This document shows, in pieces, positions 9,467-19,583 of a stretch of DNA of 58,910 nucleotides (positions are counted from its first letter, which is position 1; every line of letters begins with the position of its first letter). Position numbers and translations under genes: made by a program. The notes below the pieces were generated by a model. The model saw only the letters and a list, made by a program, of their open reading frames with translations. It ran no database searches and was not told the origin of the DNA. Source of the DNA: Mageeibacillus sp. UBA5436 (GTDB lineage: Bacteria > Bacillota > Clostridia > Saccharofermentanales > DTU023); contig DIRM01000038.1 of assembly GCA_002427545.1 (NCBI GenBank), positions 1 to 58,910 of the forward strand. The letters are read 5' to 3'.

Positions 9467-10843
9467 TTATATATTAGTTATTTCTTTTAATAGCCAATTA
9501 AGTTGGCGTTTAACTTCTTCTGGGGCAGGGCCTCCAAGTGAAGATTTCTTTTCAATAATGTTTTTCAAATCAATTGCTTCATAAAGATCAGTATCAAAGC
9601 TTCGTGAGTACTCGCGATAGACTTCCAAAGGAAGCTCGGCGAGTGTTATTCCCTTCTGATGTGCTTCGCTGACAATTTCAGCGACGATATGATGAGCGGT
9701 TCGAAATGGAATCCCTTTATTTACTAAATAGTCTGCCAAATCAGTCGCTTCAGGATAACCTAGCTTTGTAGCAGCTAGCATTTTATCGGTATTAACCTTG
9801 AGGCTGTTTAACATGCCTGTCATCATTTCGAGATTCATTTTTATAGTATCGATTGAATCAAAAATAGATTCTTTATCTTCTTGCATATCTTTAGAATAGG
9901 CGAGAGGTAAACCCTTTAACATGGTTAAAGATTGCATCAAATTACCGATGATTCTAGCAGATTTTCCTCTAATCAATTCGGCCATATCAGGATTTTTCTT
10001 TTGCGGCATGATTGAGGAACCAGTGGCATATTGATCAGCTATTTCAATAAAAGAAAATGCTGGCGAACTCCACATAATAAATTCCTCTGCTTGTCTGGAT
10101 AAATGTATAGCTATTATAGAAATGTCTGTTTGCAATTCAATGACAAAATCACGATCGCTTACTGCATCCATACTGTTTTGCATGATGGCATTAAAACCTA
10201 ATAATTCAGCTGTATATTCTCTATCTATGGGATAAGAAGTTCCTGCTAAAGCACAGGCGCCAAGCGGCAATTGATTGATTCTTTGAAGTGTATCATCTAA
10301 TCTTTCACTATCTCTTAAGGCCATCATGCCGTAAGCCGATAAATAATGAGCAAAGGTCACTGGCTGGGCAACTTGTAAATGCGTATATCCAGGCATAATA
10401 CTCTGTGTATGTTGATTAGCTAATTTAACAATGGCTTCAATATAAGCAAATAAAAGAGCTTTTATTTCTTTTATTTCAGAACGTAGATACAATCTTAAAT
10501 CGGTTGCGACCTGATCATTTCTTGATCTCGCCGTATGTAATCTTTTACCAGCTTCACCGATGCGTTTGATTAATTCATTTTCGACAAAAGTATGGACATC
10601 TTCAGATGTTGGATCTAATTCTAAAGTTTGATTTTTCAATTCAGATAGAATTGAAAATAAACCGTGCACAATCGTTTTAACATCAGCATTCTTCAATATG
10701 CCAGTTTGACCTAACATTAGAGCATGTGCAATTGATCCCTCAATATCTTGTTCGATCATTCTTTGATCAATGGAAAAGGAGGCATTAAATTCTTCTGCTT
10801 TGGGGTTTAATTCTCCCGATAACATGCCTTGCCAGAGTTTCAT
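9467..10843 (-). CDS. argH: Argininosuccinate lyase
   Basis: LHTARSRNDQVATD, MPGYTHLQ and GSSIMPQKKNPD signature. Confidence 0.96.
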   Translation of the reverse strand: MKLWQGMLSGELNPKAEEFNASFSIDQRMIEQDIEGSIAHALMLGQTGILKNADVKTIVHGLFSILSELKNQTLELDPTSEDVHTFVENELIKRIGEAGKRLHTARSRNDQVATDLRLYLRSEIKEIKALLFAYIEAIVKLANQHTQSIMPGYTHLQVAQPVTFAHYLSAYGMMALRDSERLDDTLQRINQLPLGACALAGTSYPIDREYTAELLGFNAIMQNSMDAVSDRDFVIELQTDISIIAIHLSRQAEEFIMWSSPAFSFIEIADQYATGSSIMPQKKNPDMAELIRGKSARIIGNLMQSLTMLKGLPLAYSKDMQEDKESIFDSIDTIKMNLEMMTGMLNSLKVNTDKMLAATKLGYPEATDLADYLVNKGIPFRTAHHIVAEIVSEAHQKGITLAELPLEVYREYSRSFDTDLYEAIDLKNIIEKKSSLGGPAPEEVKRQLNWLLKEITNI

Positions 10844-10928
10844 ACTTTGTCCTTTCTTAATAATTTCTGTTTATCTTTATAAAATCATTTGAATAAGTCA
10901 ATTCAATTAATGATTTATTGTTTTGTTA

Positions 10929-12170
10929 TTATGCTTCTATATCTTTTTCTTGTTGCAATAATGCTTGCATTTTATTAGATAAACCAAATAATTTGATAAA
11001 GCCAGTTGCATCAGATTGATCATAAACATCATCTTTTTCAAAAGTAGCAAATTTTTCATCAAATAAAGAATGAGGAGAACTAATGCCAGCAGGTTGCATA
11101 CTGCCTTTATACAATTTAACTTTAACTTTACCAGTCACAAACTTTTGTGTTTCTTGGACAAATGCACTTAAAGCTTTGCGTAAAGAGGTTTCCCATTTAC
11201 CATTATAAATTAATTCTGCAAACTCTAATGAAATCTTTTGCTTAAAATGTAAAGTATCTGCTTCAACAGTTAAGCTTTCTAATTTTTGATGAGCAAAATA
11301 AAGAATAGAAGCACCTGGATTTTCATAAACACCACGACTTTTCATCCCTACCAAACGACTTTCGACAATGTCATCAATACCGATACCATGTTTGCCGCCA
11401 ATTTCATTTAAAGATGTCATTAAGCTAACAGGATCAAGTTTTTCACCATTAAGGCCAATGGGTTTACCTTGTTTGAATTCAATTTCAACGATTTCAGCTT
11501 GATCGACTGCTTTTTCAGGTGGTGTAACCCAATGTAAGATTTTATCTAGGTCAGCAGCATTAGCAGGATCTTCTAAATCTAAACCTTCATGAGATAAATG
11601 CCAAATATTTTCATCCATGGAATAATCTTCATCGGCAGAAAATTGTAAAGGAATATTATGCTTAGCAGCATATTCAATTTCATCAGAACGGCCTTTGAAA
11701 TCCCAAAAACGCCAAGGTGCAACAACCGTAATATTAGGATCCAAATTATTAATACCAAGTTCAAAACGAACCTGATCATTTCCTTTGCCTGTGCAACCAT
11801 GAACAATGACATCTGTGCCTTCTTTATGTGCAATTTCGACTAATCCTTTAGCGACTAATGGTCTAGCAATAGCTGTGCCTAAAAGATAAATATTTTCATA
11901 TTTAGCTTGAGCTTGTAAAGCCAGGAAAGCATATTCTTCTAAAAATCTTTCAGTTAAGTCTAAACAGTAAAAATTATCTGCTCCAGTTAATTTTGCCTTC
12001 TTTTCAAGAGCGACAGGATCTTTAATTTGTCCATAATTACCTGCGACACAAACAACTTCTTTGACGCCATTTTCTTTCAACCAAGTTACCATGATTGAAG
12101 TATCTAAACCACCAGAATAACCGAGAATAACTTTTTTTGTATTTTTTAATACTTTATAAAAATCTTGCAT
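10929..12170 (-). CDS. argG: Argininosuccinate synthase
   Basis: YSGGLDTS, HGCTGKGNDQVRFE and GMKSRGVYENP. Start placed at ATG 12170 after GGAG. Confidence 0.96.
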   Translation of the reverse strand: MQDFYKVLKNTKKVILGYSGGLDTSIMVTWLKENGVKEVVCVAGNYGQIKDPVALEKKAKLTGADNFYCLDLTERFLEEYAFLALQAQAKYENIYLLGTAIARPLVAKGLVEIAHKEGTDVIVHGCTGKGNDQVRFELGINNLDPNITVVAPWRFWDFKGRSDEIEYAAKHNIPLQFSADEDYSMDENIWHLSHEGLDLEDPANAADLDKILHWVTPPEKAVDQAEIVEIEFKQGKPIGLNGEKLDPVSLMTSLNEIGGKHGIGIDDIVESRLVGMKSRGVYENPGASILYFAHQKLESLTVEADTLHFKQKISLEFAELIYNGKWETSLRKALSAFVQETQKFVTGKVKVKLYKGSMQPAGISSPHSLFDEKFATFEKDDVYDQSDATGFIKLFGLSNKMQALLQQEKDIEA

Positions 12171-12198
12171 TTTCCCATCTCCAATTTTCTTTTTCGCA

Positions 12199-12237
12199 AA
12201 TGTATTATTATGCATTTATAGTGAATTTTTATTGTTT
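12199..12237 (-). promoter_or_regulatory. Tandem ARG boxes (ArgR/AhrC operator) upstream of argG
   Basis: AATGTATTATTATGCATT (12199-12216) and AGTGAATTTTTATTGTTT (12220-12237) are two 18-mers 3 bp apart that resemble WNTGAATWWWWATTCANW. A further box-like AATGAATAATTATAAATA lies at 12360-12377. Confidence 0.7.
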
Positions 12238-12650
12238 CTATAATATTGTTAATTTTCTTGTGATTGTCTGATACATAAGTATTTATAGCAATATGTCTGA
12301 AAAACAATGTAGCTATTATAAAAATCAAAATGAGGTTTGTCAAAATAAAATTACATAAAAATGAATAATTATAAATATATCTACAATTTGTCAGAGAAGC
12401 CGATTTAATTTTCAAATTATTGTTCAAATTGTGATATCTTTATGATGTGCTAAAAGTTACTAAGCTAATGTTCTGAGACGATCTGAGACTATTAGTTAAT
12501 AAAAAATAATACATTTAATAAGTAAAATGATGTATTATAAATTTTAGCTAAAACTCAACGAAGAATTAATAATGATTTTTAGAGTTTAATGAGAATTGCC
12601 AAGTTTATTTCGAATTTAATCATGATTAGAGACGATTTGGAGGAAAAATA

Positions 12651-14207
12651 ATGGGCCATTTCAAAAAAATAACTAGTATATTTGCTGTCTTATTAAGTTG
12701 TGTTTTATTATTTAGTGCTTGTAAAAGTACAGAAAAAATAAAAGAAACACAAAATACCCTGGATACAGATATTCAAGGGGAACCTCAACAAGGTGGTTCG
12801 CTGACATTAGGTATAACACAAGAACCAGATTCCTTTGATCCTTACCTGGCTGCAGCTGCTGGGACGAAAGAGATTATATATAATTTCTTTGATGGTTTGG
12901 TCAAATTATTGCCAAACGGTACTTTTGAGCCAGCTTTAGCTGAAAAATATGATGTTTCTGATGATGCCAAAATTTTCACTTTTCAGATTAGACAAGGTGT
13001 TAAATTTCACAACGATAAGGACTTAACAGTTGGTGATGTGGTTTATTCCTTAGAAAATGCATCAGGTTTGGGGGAAGATAAAACCTTAAAAATTTCTCAA
13101 TTAAGCATTATCGATAAAATTGAGGCAGATGCTGATAATAATCAAGTGATTGTTACCTTAAAAGATTCAGATGCTGATTTTATATCTTATATGACCTTAG
13201 CAATTGTGCCTCAAGGTTATACAGAGCAGGCGACAAAACCAATTGGCACAGGTCCTTTTGTGTTTACGGAATATCAACCACAAAAATATGTAAAAATGAC
13301 AAAAAATGAAAATTATTGGCGTGATCGCAAGGCTTATTTGGATGATGTGACATTTTTGATTATGCCTTCTGCTGATGCAGCCATTGTAGATTTACAGGCT
13401 GGCAATATTGATATTTTTCCCTATCTAACTGCGGATAAAAAGGATCTCTTAGAAGATAAATATAATTTCATTACAACGGATTCTAATATGGTTCAGATTT
13501 GGGGCCTTAATAATAAACAAGCACCTTTTGATGATCCAATTGTTCGCAAAGCAATGAATATGGCAATCGATAAACAAATGTTAATTGACACAGTGACTTT
13601 TGGTGAAGGAAAAGTTTTAGAATCAGGTATGGCACCAGCGATGGGGCAATATTTTAATGGAGATTTAGATAGTGAATATAATCCAGAGGCCGCAAAGGAA
13701 CTCTTAGAAGAAAACGGTTATCAAGATTTAAAAATCACGATAACAGTTCCAGGAAACTATGTTATTCATGTTCAAAGTGCAGAAGTTGTTGCCGCTCAAT
13801 TAGAACAAATAGGCGTAGAAGCAGAAATCAAATCAGTAGACTGGGGAACTTGGTTGTCAAATGTTTATCAGGGCCGAGAATATCAATCTACGATTATTGC
13901 TTTAACTTTTGATTATGTTGCACCAGCTACGGTTTTAAAGCATTATTATAGCTCTAGCGATGCCGATTTTATCAATTACGAGAATTCGGAATTTGATACC
14001 TTATACGAAAAAGCACAATCTATCACAGATGTTGATGAACGTATAGCGCTCTATCATCAAATGCAAAAATTATTGCAGGACGATTCAGCCTCTGTTTTTT
14101 TACAGAATCCTGGTGTACAAACTGCTGTTAGTAAAAAGCTTGCAGGATATACAACATACCCACAATATGTACAAGATATGTATGAAGTGTATTATATTGC
14201 GGATTAA
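12651..14207 (+). CDS. Family-5 (peptide/nickel/opine) ABC substrate-binding lipoprotein
   Basis: Lipobox LFSAC, IRQGVKFHN and PIGTGPF. RBS GGAGG. Confidence 0.9.
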   Translation: MGHFKKITSIFAVLLSCVLLFSACKSTEKIKETQNTLDTDIQGEPQQGGSLTLGITQEPDSFDPYLAAAAGTKEIIYNFFDGLVKLLPNGTFEPALAEKYDVSDDAKIFTFQIRQGVKFHNDKDLTVGDVVYSLENASGLGEDKTLKISQLSIIDKIEADADNNQVIVTLKDSDADFISYMTLAIVPQGYTEQATKPIGTGPFVFTEYQPQKYVKMTKNENYWRDRKAYLDDVTFLIMPSADAAIVDLQAGNIDIFPYLTADKKDLLEDKYNFITTDSNMVQIWGLNNKQAPFDDPIVRKAMNMAIDKQMLIDTVTFGEGKVLESGMAPAMGQYFNGDLDSEYNPEAAKELLEENGYQDLKITITVPGNYVIHVQSAEVVAAQLEQIGVEAEIKSVDWGTWLSNVYQGREYQSTIIALTFDYVAPATVLKHYYSSSDADFINYENSEFDTLYEKAQSITDVDERIALYHQMQKLLQDDSASVFLQNPGVQTAVSKKLAGYTTYPQYVQDMYEVYYIAD

Positions 14208-14256
14208 GGTAAAATTGATTCTGGATAAAAGCTATATAATATAAAATTAAGAAAGA

Positions 14257-14305
14257 AAAAAGCAGCTTTTACCTTATTATTAAAAATAAGAAATCAGCTG
14301 CTTTT
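14257..14305 (+). other. Stem-loop after the binding-protein gene (terminator or mRNA stabiliser)
   Basis: AAAAGCAGCT...AGCTGCTTTT inverted repeat with an inner CTTATT/AATAAG pairing. Confidence 0.55.
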
Positions 14306-14322
14306 ATACTATATAAAGAATA

Positions 14323-15342
14323 ATGGCAAAATATATTTCAAAAAAAGTTGTAGAGATGTTAATAACAATTTTACTGATTGTATTAATTGTTTTTATCATG
14401 TTTGAACTAATTCCAGGCAATCCAGCACGTATCATGCTAGGCATGAATGCCAGTAATGCTCAGGTAGCTGCTCTAGAGGAAGAATTAGGATATAATCAAT
14501 CTATTTTTGTAAAAATATACCGTTATTTTACTGATCTTATGCATGGTGATTTGGGTTTTTCTTTTCGTTTCCAAAAACCTGTTGCCACTTTAATTAAAGA
14601 TGCTCTTCCGTATACTTTGTTTTTAGCTTTATATGCATTTATTTTTTTGATAGTTTTAGCAGTACCCTTGGCTATTTTGTCTGCACATAAACCAAATTCG
14701 ATAATAGACAAAACTATTCGCGTTATGTCAGAAACTTGTTTAGCGATACCGCCTTTCTTTATGGCAATTATTTTGATGCTTGTTTTTAAAACCTCACAAT
14801 TAGCGTTGCAAGGTGGAAATACAGATTTTATAATAGATCAAGCTTTCAAAAATTATTGGATGCCTGCTCTAGCTATTGCTTTATCTCGCCTTGCTATGGC
14901 AATGGAATTCTTGAGAGATGCAATTATTGAACAAAGAGAATCTGATTATGTGAAGACAGCCATTGGTAAAGGCGCATCTCGTTCGCGCCTATTGTTCTCG
15001 CATGTATTGAGAAATAGTTTAGTGCCGTTTATTACTGTGTTGGGTTTAATATTGGCGGAAGTATTTAGTGGATCGATTATCATTGAACAAGTATTCTTGA
15101 TTCCAGGATTAGGACGCATTTTGGTGACAGCAGTAGAAGCGAGAGATTTTCGTTTAACGCAGGGCATTATTTTATTAATTGCATTTATCGTGGTTTTTGT
15201 TAATTTTCTTGTTGATTTCATTAATCAATTTATTGATCCTCGTATGCGTCAGCAAAAGAAATTAATTAATCGCAAAAAAAACTTTCGGATTTTTCGAAAT
15301 AAACAAAAATTGTCACATGAATCATCTCGAGGTGAACCATGA
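14323..15342 (+). CDS. Peptide/nickel ABC permease (DppB/OppB-like)
   Basis: PGNPA, GDLGFS, DYVKTAIGKG and IIEQVFLIPGLG. Confidence 0.9.
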   Translation: MAKYISKKVVEMLITILLIVLIVFIMFELIPGNPARIMLGMNASNAQVAALEEELGYNQSIFVKIYRYFTDLMHGDLGFSFRFQKPVATLIKDALPYTLFLALYAFIFLIVLAVPLAILSAHKPNSIIDKTIRVMSETCLAIPPFFMAIILMLVFKTSQLALQGGNTDFIIDQAFKNYWMPALAIALSRLAMAMEFLRDAIIEQRESDYVKTAIGKGASRSRLLFSHVLRNSLVPFITVLGLILAEVFSGSIIIEQVFLIPGLGRILVTAVEARDFRLTQGIILLIAFIVVFVNFLVDFINQFIDPRMRQQKKLINRKKNFRIFRNKQKLSHESSRGEP

Positions 15343-16247
15343 AAGTGACAAAAAAAATTAGACAAAAGAAAAATAATAATTTAAGTCAAATAGGTAATCC
15401 AAAGTTAAAACGGACCTATTATCAGAATAGCTCAATCCGTTATTCTGGAAAAAAACAATTGCAAGCAGGCCTTATTCTTTTAAGTATTCCAATTTTTCTT
15501 TATTTAATTTCATTTATTTATCATCCTTACGATATCAAGGTGATGAATCCAATAGAGAGATTTCAAGGACCGAGTTTGCAACATTGGTTTGGGACTGATA
15601 ATTATGGTCGAGATGTCTTTACTAGAGCAATGTCAGGCTTGCCATTAACAATTTTCATTTCATTTGGTGTTAACTTAATAGGGTGCTTTTTTGGCGCTCT
15701 TATTGGTGCTTTAAGTGGTTATTTTGGCGGAATAATTGATTATATATTTAGTCGTTTTACAGATGCTCTATTATCCATTCCTATGATTTTGATGGGTCTT
15801 CTCTTTGTAGCAATTTTTGGTGATGGTATTCCGCAAGTTATTATTGCTTTGGGTATTATGTTCATACCTTCTTATGCTCGAGTTGTCAGAGTCGGATTTT
15901 TAGAATATCGTCAGAAAAATTTTATCAAACGCTTAAAATTATTAGGTGCTTCTTCCAATCGAATTATGTTTAAGTATTTATTGCCATTGATTAAAAATAG
16001 ATTGTTATCTGCAATTGCACTGGGATTTTCTAATGCTATTTTGGCAGAATCTTCACTCAGTTTTTTAGGCTTAGGCGTGCCTGCCTCAAAAATAACTTGG
16101 GGTAGAATGTTAAAAGATGCTCAAGGTTTTGTTTTTCAAGGAGCGTCTGCCGCAGTCTTTCCAGGTATTTTGATTGTAATCATGGTATTAGGATCATTTC
16201 TAATAAGTCATTCATTTAAGCTAAGAGCTGAAGAGAAAATGCTTTGA
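15339..16247 (+). CDS. Peptide/nickel ABC permease (DppC/OppC-like)
   Basis: HWFGTDNYGRDVF and AESSLSFLGLG. ATGA overlap with the previous gene. Confidence 0.9.
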   Translation: MKVTKKIRQKKNNNLSQIGNPKLKRTYYQNSSIRYSGKKQLQAGLILLSIPIFLYLISFIYHPYDIKVMNPIERFQGPSLQHWFGTDNYGRDVFTRAMSGLPLTIFISFGVNLIGCFFGALIGALSGYFGGIIDYIFSRFTDALLSIPMILMGLLFVAIFGDGIPQVIIALGIMFIPSYARVVRVGFLEYRQKNFIKRLKLLGASSNRIMFKYLLPLIKNRLLSAIALGFSNAILAESSLSFLGLGVPASKITWGRMLKDAQGFVFQGASAAVFPGILIVIMVLGSFLISHSFKLRAEEKML

Positions 16248-17287
16248 GGGATAATATGCATAATATAGATCAAACATTTCTAGAAAAAAAAGAAGATATA
16301 TTAAGTGTGGAACATCTCAAGGTAACTACTTCAAATGGGGCTGAGTTGGTTCGAGATATTTCTTTACATCTTAAACCTGGGGAAATTGTAGGCGTAGTTG
16401 GTGAATCAGGTAGTGGAAAAAGTATTACAATTATGTCAATAGTTGGTCTCTTACCAAAAGGAATTTCGATAGCTGAGGGTAAAATTTGTTTTCAAGGAAG
16501 AGATATTACTTACTTGAAAAATAATCAACGACGTTCAATCAATGGCAGCAGGATTGGTGTCATTTATCAAGATGCAGCACAAGCATTAAATCCTCTGATG
16601 ACTATTGGTAAACAAATTAGTGAAGTTCTATTTATTCATACCAAAATGCCAAAAGATGAAATCCGATATCGTGTTTTGGCTGCTATGCGAGCAGTTAATT
16701 TACCAGAGCCAGAAAAAATGTATAAACGTTATCCTTATGAGCTTTCAGGCGGGCAAAGACAAAGAGTCTTAATCGCAATGGCTATCATTAATAATCCTGA
16801 ATTGTTGATTGCCGATGAACCGACAACGGCATTAGATGTTAACGTTAAAGTTCAAGTCTTAGAGTTAATTAAAATAATTAATCAGAGCAAAAATCTTTCT
16901 GTTCTTTATATTTCCCACGATTTATCTACAATTCAGCAAATTTGTGATCGCGTTTATGTTCTTTATGCAGGCATTCCAGTTGAATCGGGAACAACAGAAC
17001 AAATTGTCTATAATCCTAAACATCCATACACTGCATTATTAATTAATTCATTACCCACACCTGAAAAAAGAGGCGAAAAATTGGCTAAAATTAAGCCGCG
17101 TTTACGTGATCATCGTGGACCAGCCACGAATTGTCAATTTGCAGATCGTTGCCCTTATGCCTTTACTCATTGTCATCAAGTATTACCAAAAATGATTGAA
17201 GTGGAACCAGGGCATGAGGTAGCTTGTTTTTTATTTGATGAAAATAATTCAAAAATGGATAATATAAATAACGATATTAATGGTTAA
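16244..17287 (+). CDS. Peptide/nickel ABC ATP-binding protein (DppD/OppD-like)
   Basis: GESGSGKS, LSGGQRQR, DEPTTALD, HPYT and a C-terminal C..C..C..C cluster. Start is TTG 16244 or ATG 16256. Confidence 0.9.
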   Translation: MRDNMHNIDQTFLEKKEDILSVEHLKVTTSNGAELVRDISLHLKPGEIVGVVGESGSGKSITIMSIVGLLPKGISIAEGKICFQGRDITYLKNNQRRSINGSRIGVIYQDAAQALNPLMTIGKQISEVLFIHTKMPKDEIRYRVLAAMRAVNLPEPEKMYKRYPYELSGGQRQRVLIAMAIINNPELLIADEPTTALDVNVKVQVLELIKIINQSKNLSVLYISHDLSTIQQICDRVYVLYAGIPVESGTTEQIVYNPKHPYTALLINSLPTPEKRGEKLAKIKPRLRDHRGPATNCQFADRCPYAFTHCHQVLPKMIEVEPGHEVACFLFDENNSKMDNINNDING

Positions 17288-17299
17288 GAGAAAAAGTCA

Positions 17300-18079
17300 A
17301 TGATGAAAAATATTCTAGAAATTAAAAATTTAACGGCGGCTTATTCTGGTAATCGACAAAAAATTGATTATATACTTAAAAATTTATCTTTAAATATGAT
17401 TGAAAATGAATTTTTAGGGTTGGTAGGAGAATCAGGTTCTGGTAAATCAACTTTGGCTAATCTAATTGCAGGCTTTATTGATCCTTTAGAAGGCGAGATT
17501 TTTTTTCGTGGTAAAGCTTTACAAAATCTCACATTAAAACAAAGAATTACAGAAACAGAAGCGGGTATTCAAATGGTCTTTCAGGATCCTTATGATTCGC
17601 TTAATCCAATTCAAACCATTGAAAAACAATTAGAAGAGCCATTAATTATTCAAAACAAATTAAATGCAGCACAAAGAAAAATAAAAGTTAGCGAAATGCT
17701 ACATAATATTGGTCTTTCTGAGGAATATGCAAATCGTTATCCTAAACAATTATCTGGTGGACAATTGCAAAGAGTTGCAATCGGTTGTGCGCTTATTATT
17801 GAACCGGCGTTGCTTTTAGCAGATGAACCTGTTTCGTCATTAGATGTTTCGGTGCAAGCTCAAATTTTAGACCTTTTTCAAGAATTGCGTCAAAAAATTG
17901 GTTTTGCTTGTCTGTTTATTTCACATGATTTGTCGGTTGTTCAGTTTTTATGTGATCGAATTGCTGTATTAAATCAAGGCGAAATAGTTGAGATAGGCGA
18001 AACAGAAGAGGTCTTTAAGAATCCGCAAAATGACTATACAAAACAATTAATTGAAGATACAAGCTATTTAATTTTCTAA
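17300..18079 (+). CDS. Peptide/nickel ABC ATP-binding protein (DppF/OppF-like)
   Basis: GESGSGKS, LSGGQLQR and DEPVSSLDVSVQAQI. Confidence 0.9.
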   Translation: MMKNILEIKNLTAAYSGNRQKIDYILKNLSLNMIENEFLGLVGESGSGKSTLANLIAGFIDPLEGEIFFRGKALQNLTLKQRITETEAGIQMVFQDPYDSLNPIQTIEKQLEEPLIIQNKLNAAQRKIKVSEMLHNIGLSEEYANRYPKQLSGGQLQRVAIGCALIIEPALLLADEPVSSLDVSVQAQILDLFQELRQKIGFACLFISHDLSVVQFLCDRIAVLNQGEIVEIGETEEVFKNPQNDYTKQLIEDTSYLIF

Positions 18080-18161
18080 AATAAATGCCTTAATTTCTTT
18101 ACTTCGTATATTTTAGTTATCATATTTATATTCTTTTCAATAATAGAGAGGTTTATTAAAA

Positions 18162-19475
18162 ATGAAATTACATGGAACAATGGAGATAAAAGACGGACAG
18201 TTAGAGATTGGCCATATTGCTGTTAAACAATTAGCTAAGCAATTCGGAACGCCTTTATATATTTTTGATGAAGCTGAATTTATTAATCAGTCACAAAAAT
18301 TTTTAAACTCTTTTGATTCAGATAAATTTGAAACTAAAGTATATTATGCAGGCAAAACTTTTTCTAATTTATACATTTTTGGTTTGGTTCAAAAATTAGG
18401 ATTATCCTTAGATGTTGTTAGTGAAGGCGAATTATATACGGCTTTAAGGGCTGGCGTTGATACAAACAATATTATTCTACACGGCAATAATAAATTAAAA
18501 AGAGAATTAGAAATGACATTAGATTATAAAATTGGCAGGATTGTTATAGACCATCCTGTTGAATATCATCTATTGTCAAAAATGTGTAGTGAGCGTCAAC
18601 AGAAAACGAAGGTTTTATTACGAATCAATCCGGGTATTGTTGCAGATACACATAAATATATTAAAACGAGTACTGAAGATTCAAAATTTGGTATGAATTC
18701 AGCTGATCCGTCAACTTACAAATTATTGCAAGAAATTGCAAAAGATCCTTATATTGATTTAGTCGGTGTGCATTGCCATATTGGCTCTCAAGTATTAAAT
18801 AAAAAATTCTTCTTTGAAGAGGCAGAAGCCATGCTTCAATTTCTTTATAATCTTAAAAAAGATTATAATATTAATTTAACAGAGTTGAATTTAGGTGGCG
18901 GCTTTGGTGTTTATTATACGTCCGAAGATCATCCTTTTGATCTTGAAGAATTTTTACAAGATTATATTAAAGTAATTGAAAATAAGATAACAGAATACGA
19001 TTTACAGGTTGAAAAAGTAAGTATTGAACCAGGTCGTGCTTTAATTAACGATAGCGGCAGCCTTTTATATCAAATTGGAGCCGTAAAATACCCTTATCAA
19101 GGAAATCCTTACATTTTTGTTGATGGAGGTATGACAGATAATATTAGACCAGCTTTGTATCAGGCAAAATATGAAGCTTGTTTACCAGAAAAAATGAATA
19201 ATGAAACCGCTGCATCTTTCAAAGTAGCTGGTAAATGTTGCGAATCAGGTGATATATTAATAGAAAAAGTTGATTTACCAATGCCTGAAAGAGATGACTT
19301 ATTGCTTATTCCAGCTTCTGGTGCTTATACTTTTTCAATGAGTTCTAACTATAATCGTTTGCCTAAACCGGCAGTTGTCTTTGTTAACGAGAGGCAAGCA
19401 AAATTAGCAGTTAAAAGAGAAGATTATGCTGATTTAATTCGTAATGACTTAAAATATAAAGAAGAAGATAATTAA
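18162..19475 (+). CDS. lysA: Diaminopimelate decarboxylase
   Basis: FGTPLY, YAGK (PLP lysine), HCHIGSQ, NLGGG, EPGR, CESGD and GAYTFSMSSNYN. Confidence 0.95.
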   Translation: MKLHGTMEIKDGQLEIGHIAVKQLAKQFGTPLYIFDEAEFINQSQKFLNSFDSDKFETKVYYAGKTFSNLYIFGLVQKLGLSLDVVSEGELYTALRAGVDTNNIILHGNNKLKRELEMTLDYKIGRIVIDHPVEYHLLSKMCSERQQKTKVLLRINPGIVADTHKYIKTSTEDSKFGMNSADPSTYKLLQEIAKDPYIDLVGVHCHIGSQVLNKKFFFEEAEAMLQFLYNLKKDYNINLTELNLGGGFGVYYTSEDHPFDLEEFLQDYIKVIENKITEYDLQVEKVSIEPGRALINDSGSLLYQIGAVKYPYQGNPYIFVDGGMTDNIRPALYQAKYEACLPEKMNNETAASFKVAGKCCESGDILIEKVDLPMPERDDLLLIPASGAYTFSMSSNYNRLPKPAVVFVNERQAKLAVKREDYADLIRNDLKYKEEDN

Positions 19476-19583
19476 GTAAAATCCATAATTTAGTTTACGG
19501 ATTTTCAAAATTGTTTTTAATCATTCATCAATAAGTATTTGTTGATTATTATGAAAAAAGATTGTTCTATATTGAGGAAATAG

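Noticed and set aside
12146-12427. 93-aa hydrophobic ORF upstream of argG (possible leader peptide)
   Set aside because: AT-rich promoter DNA overlapping the ARG boxes and argG start, with no RBS and no Arg-codon cluster.
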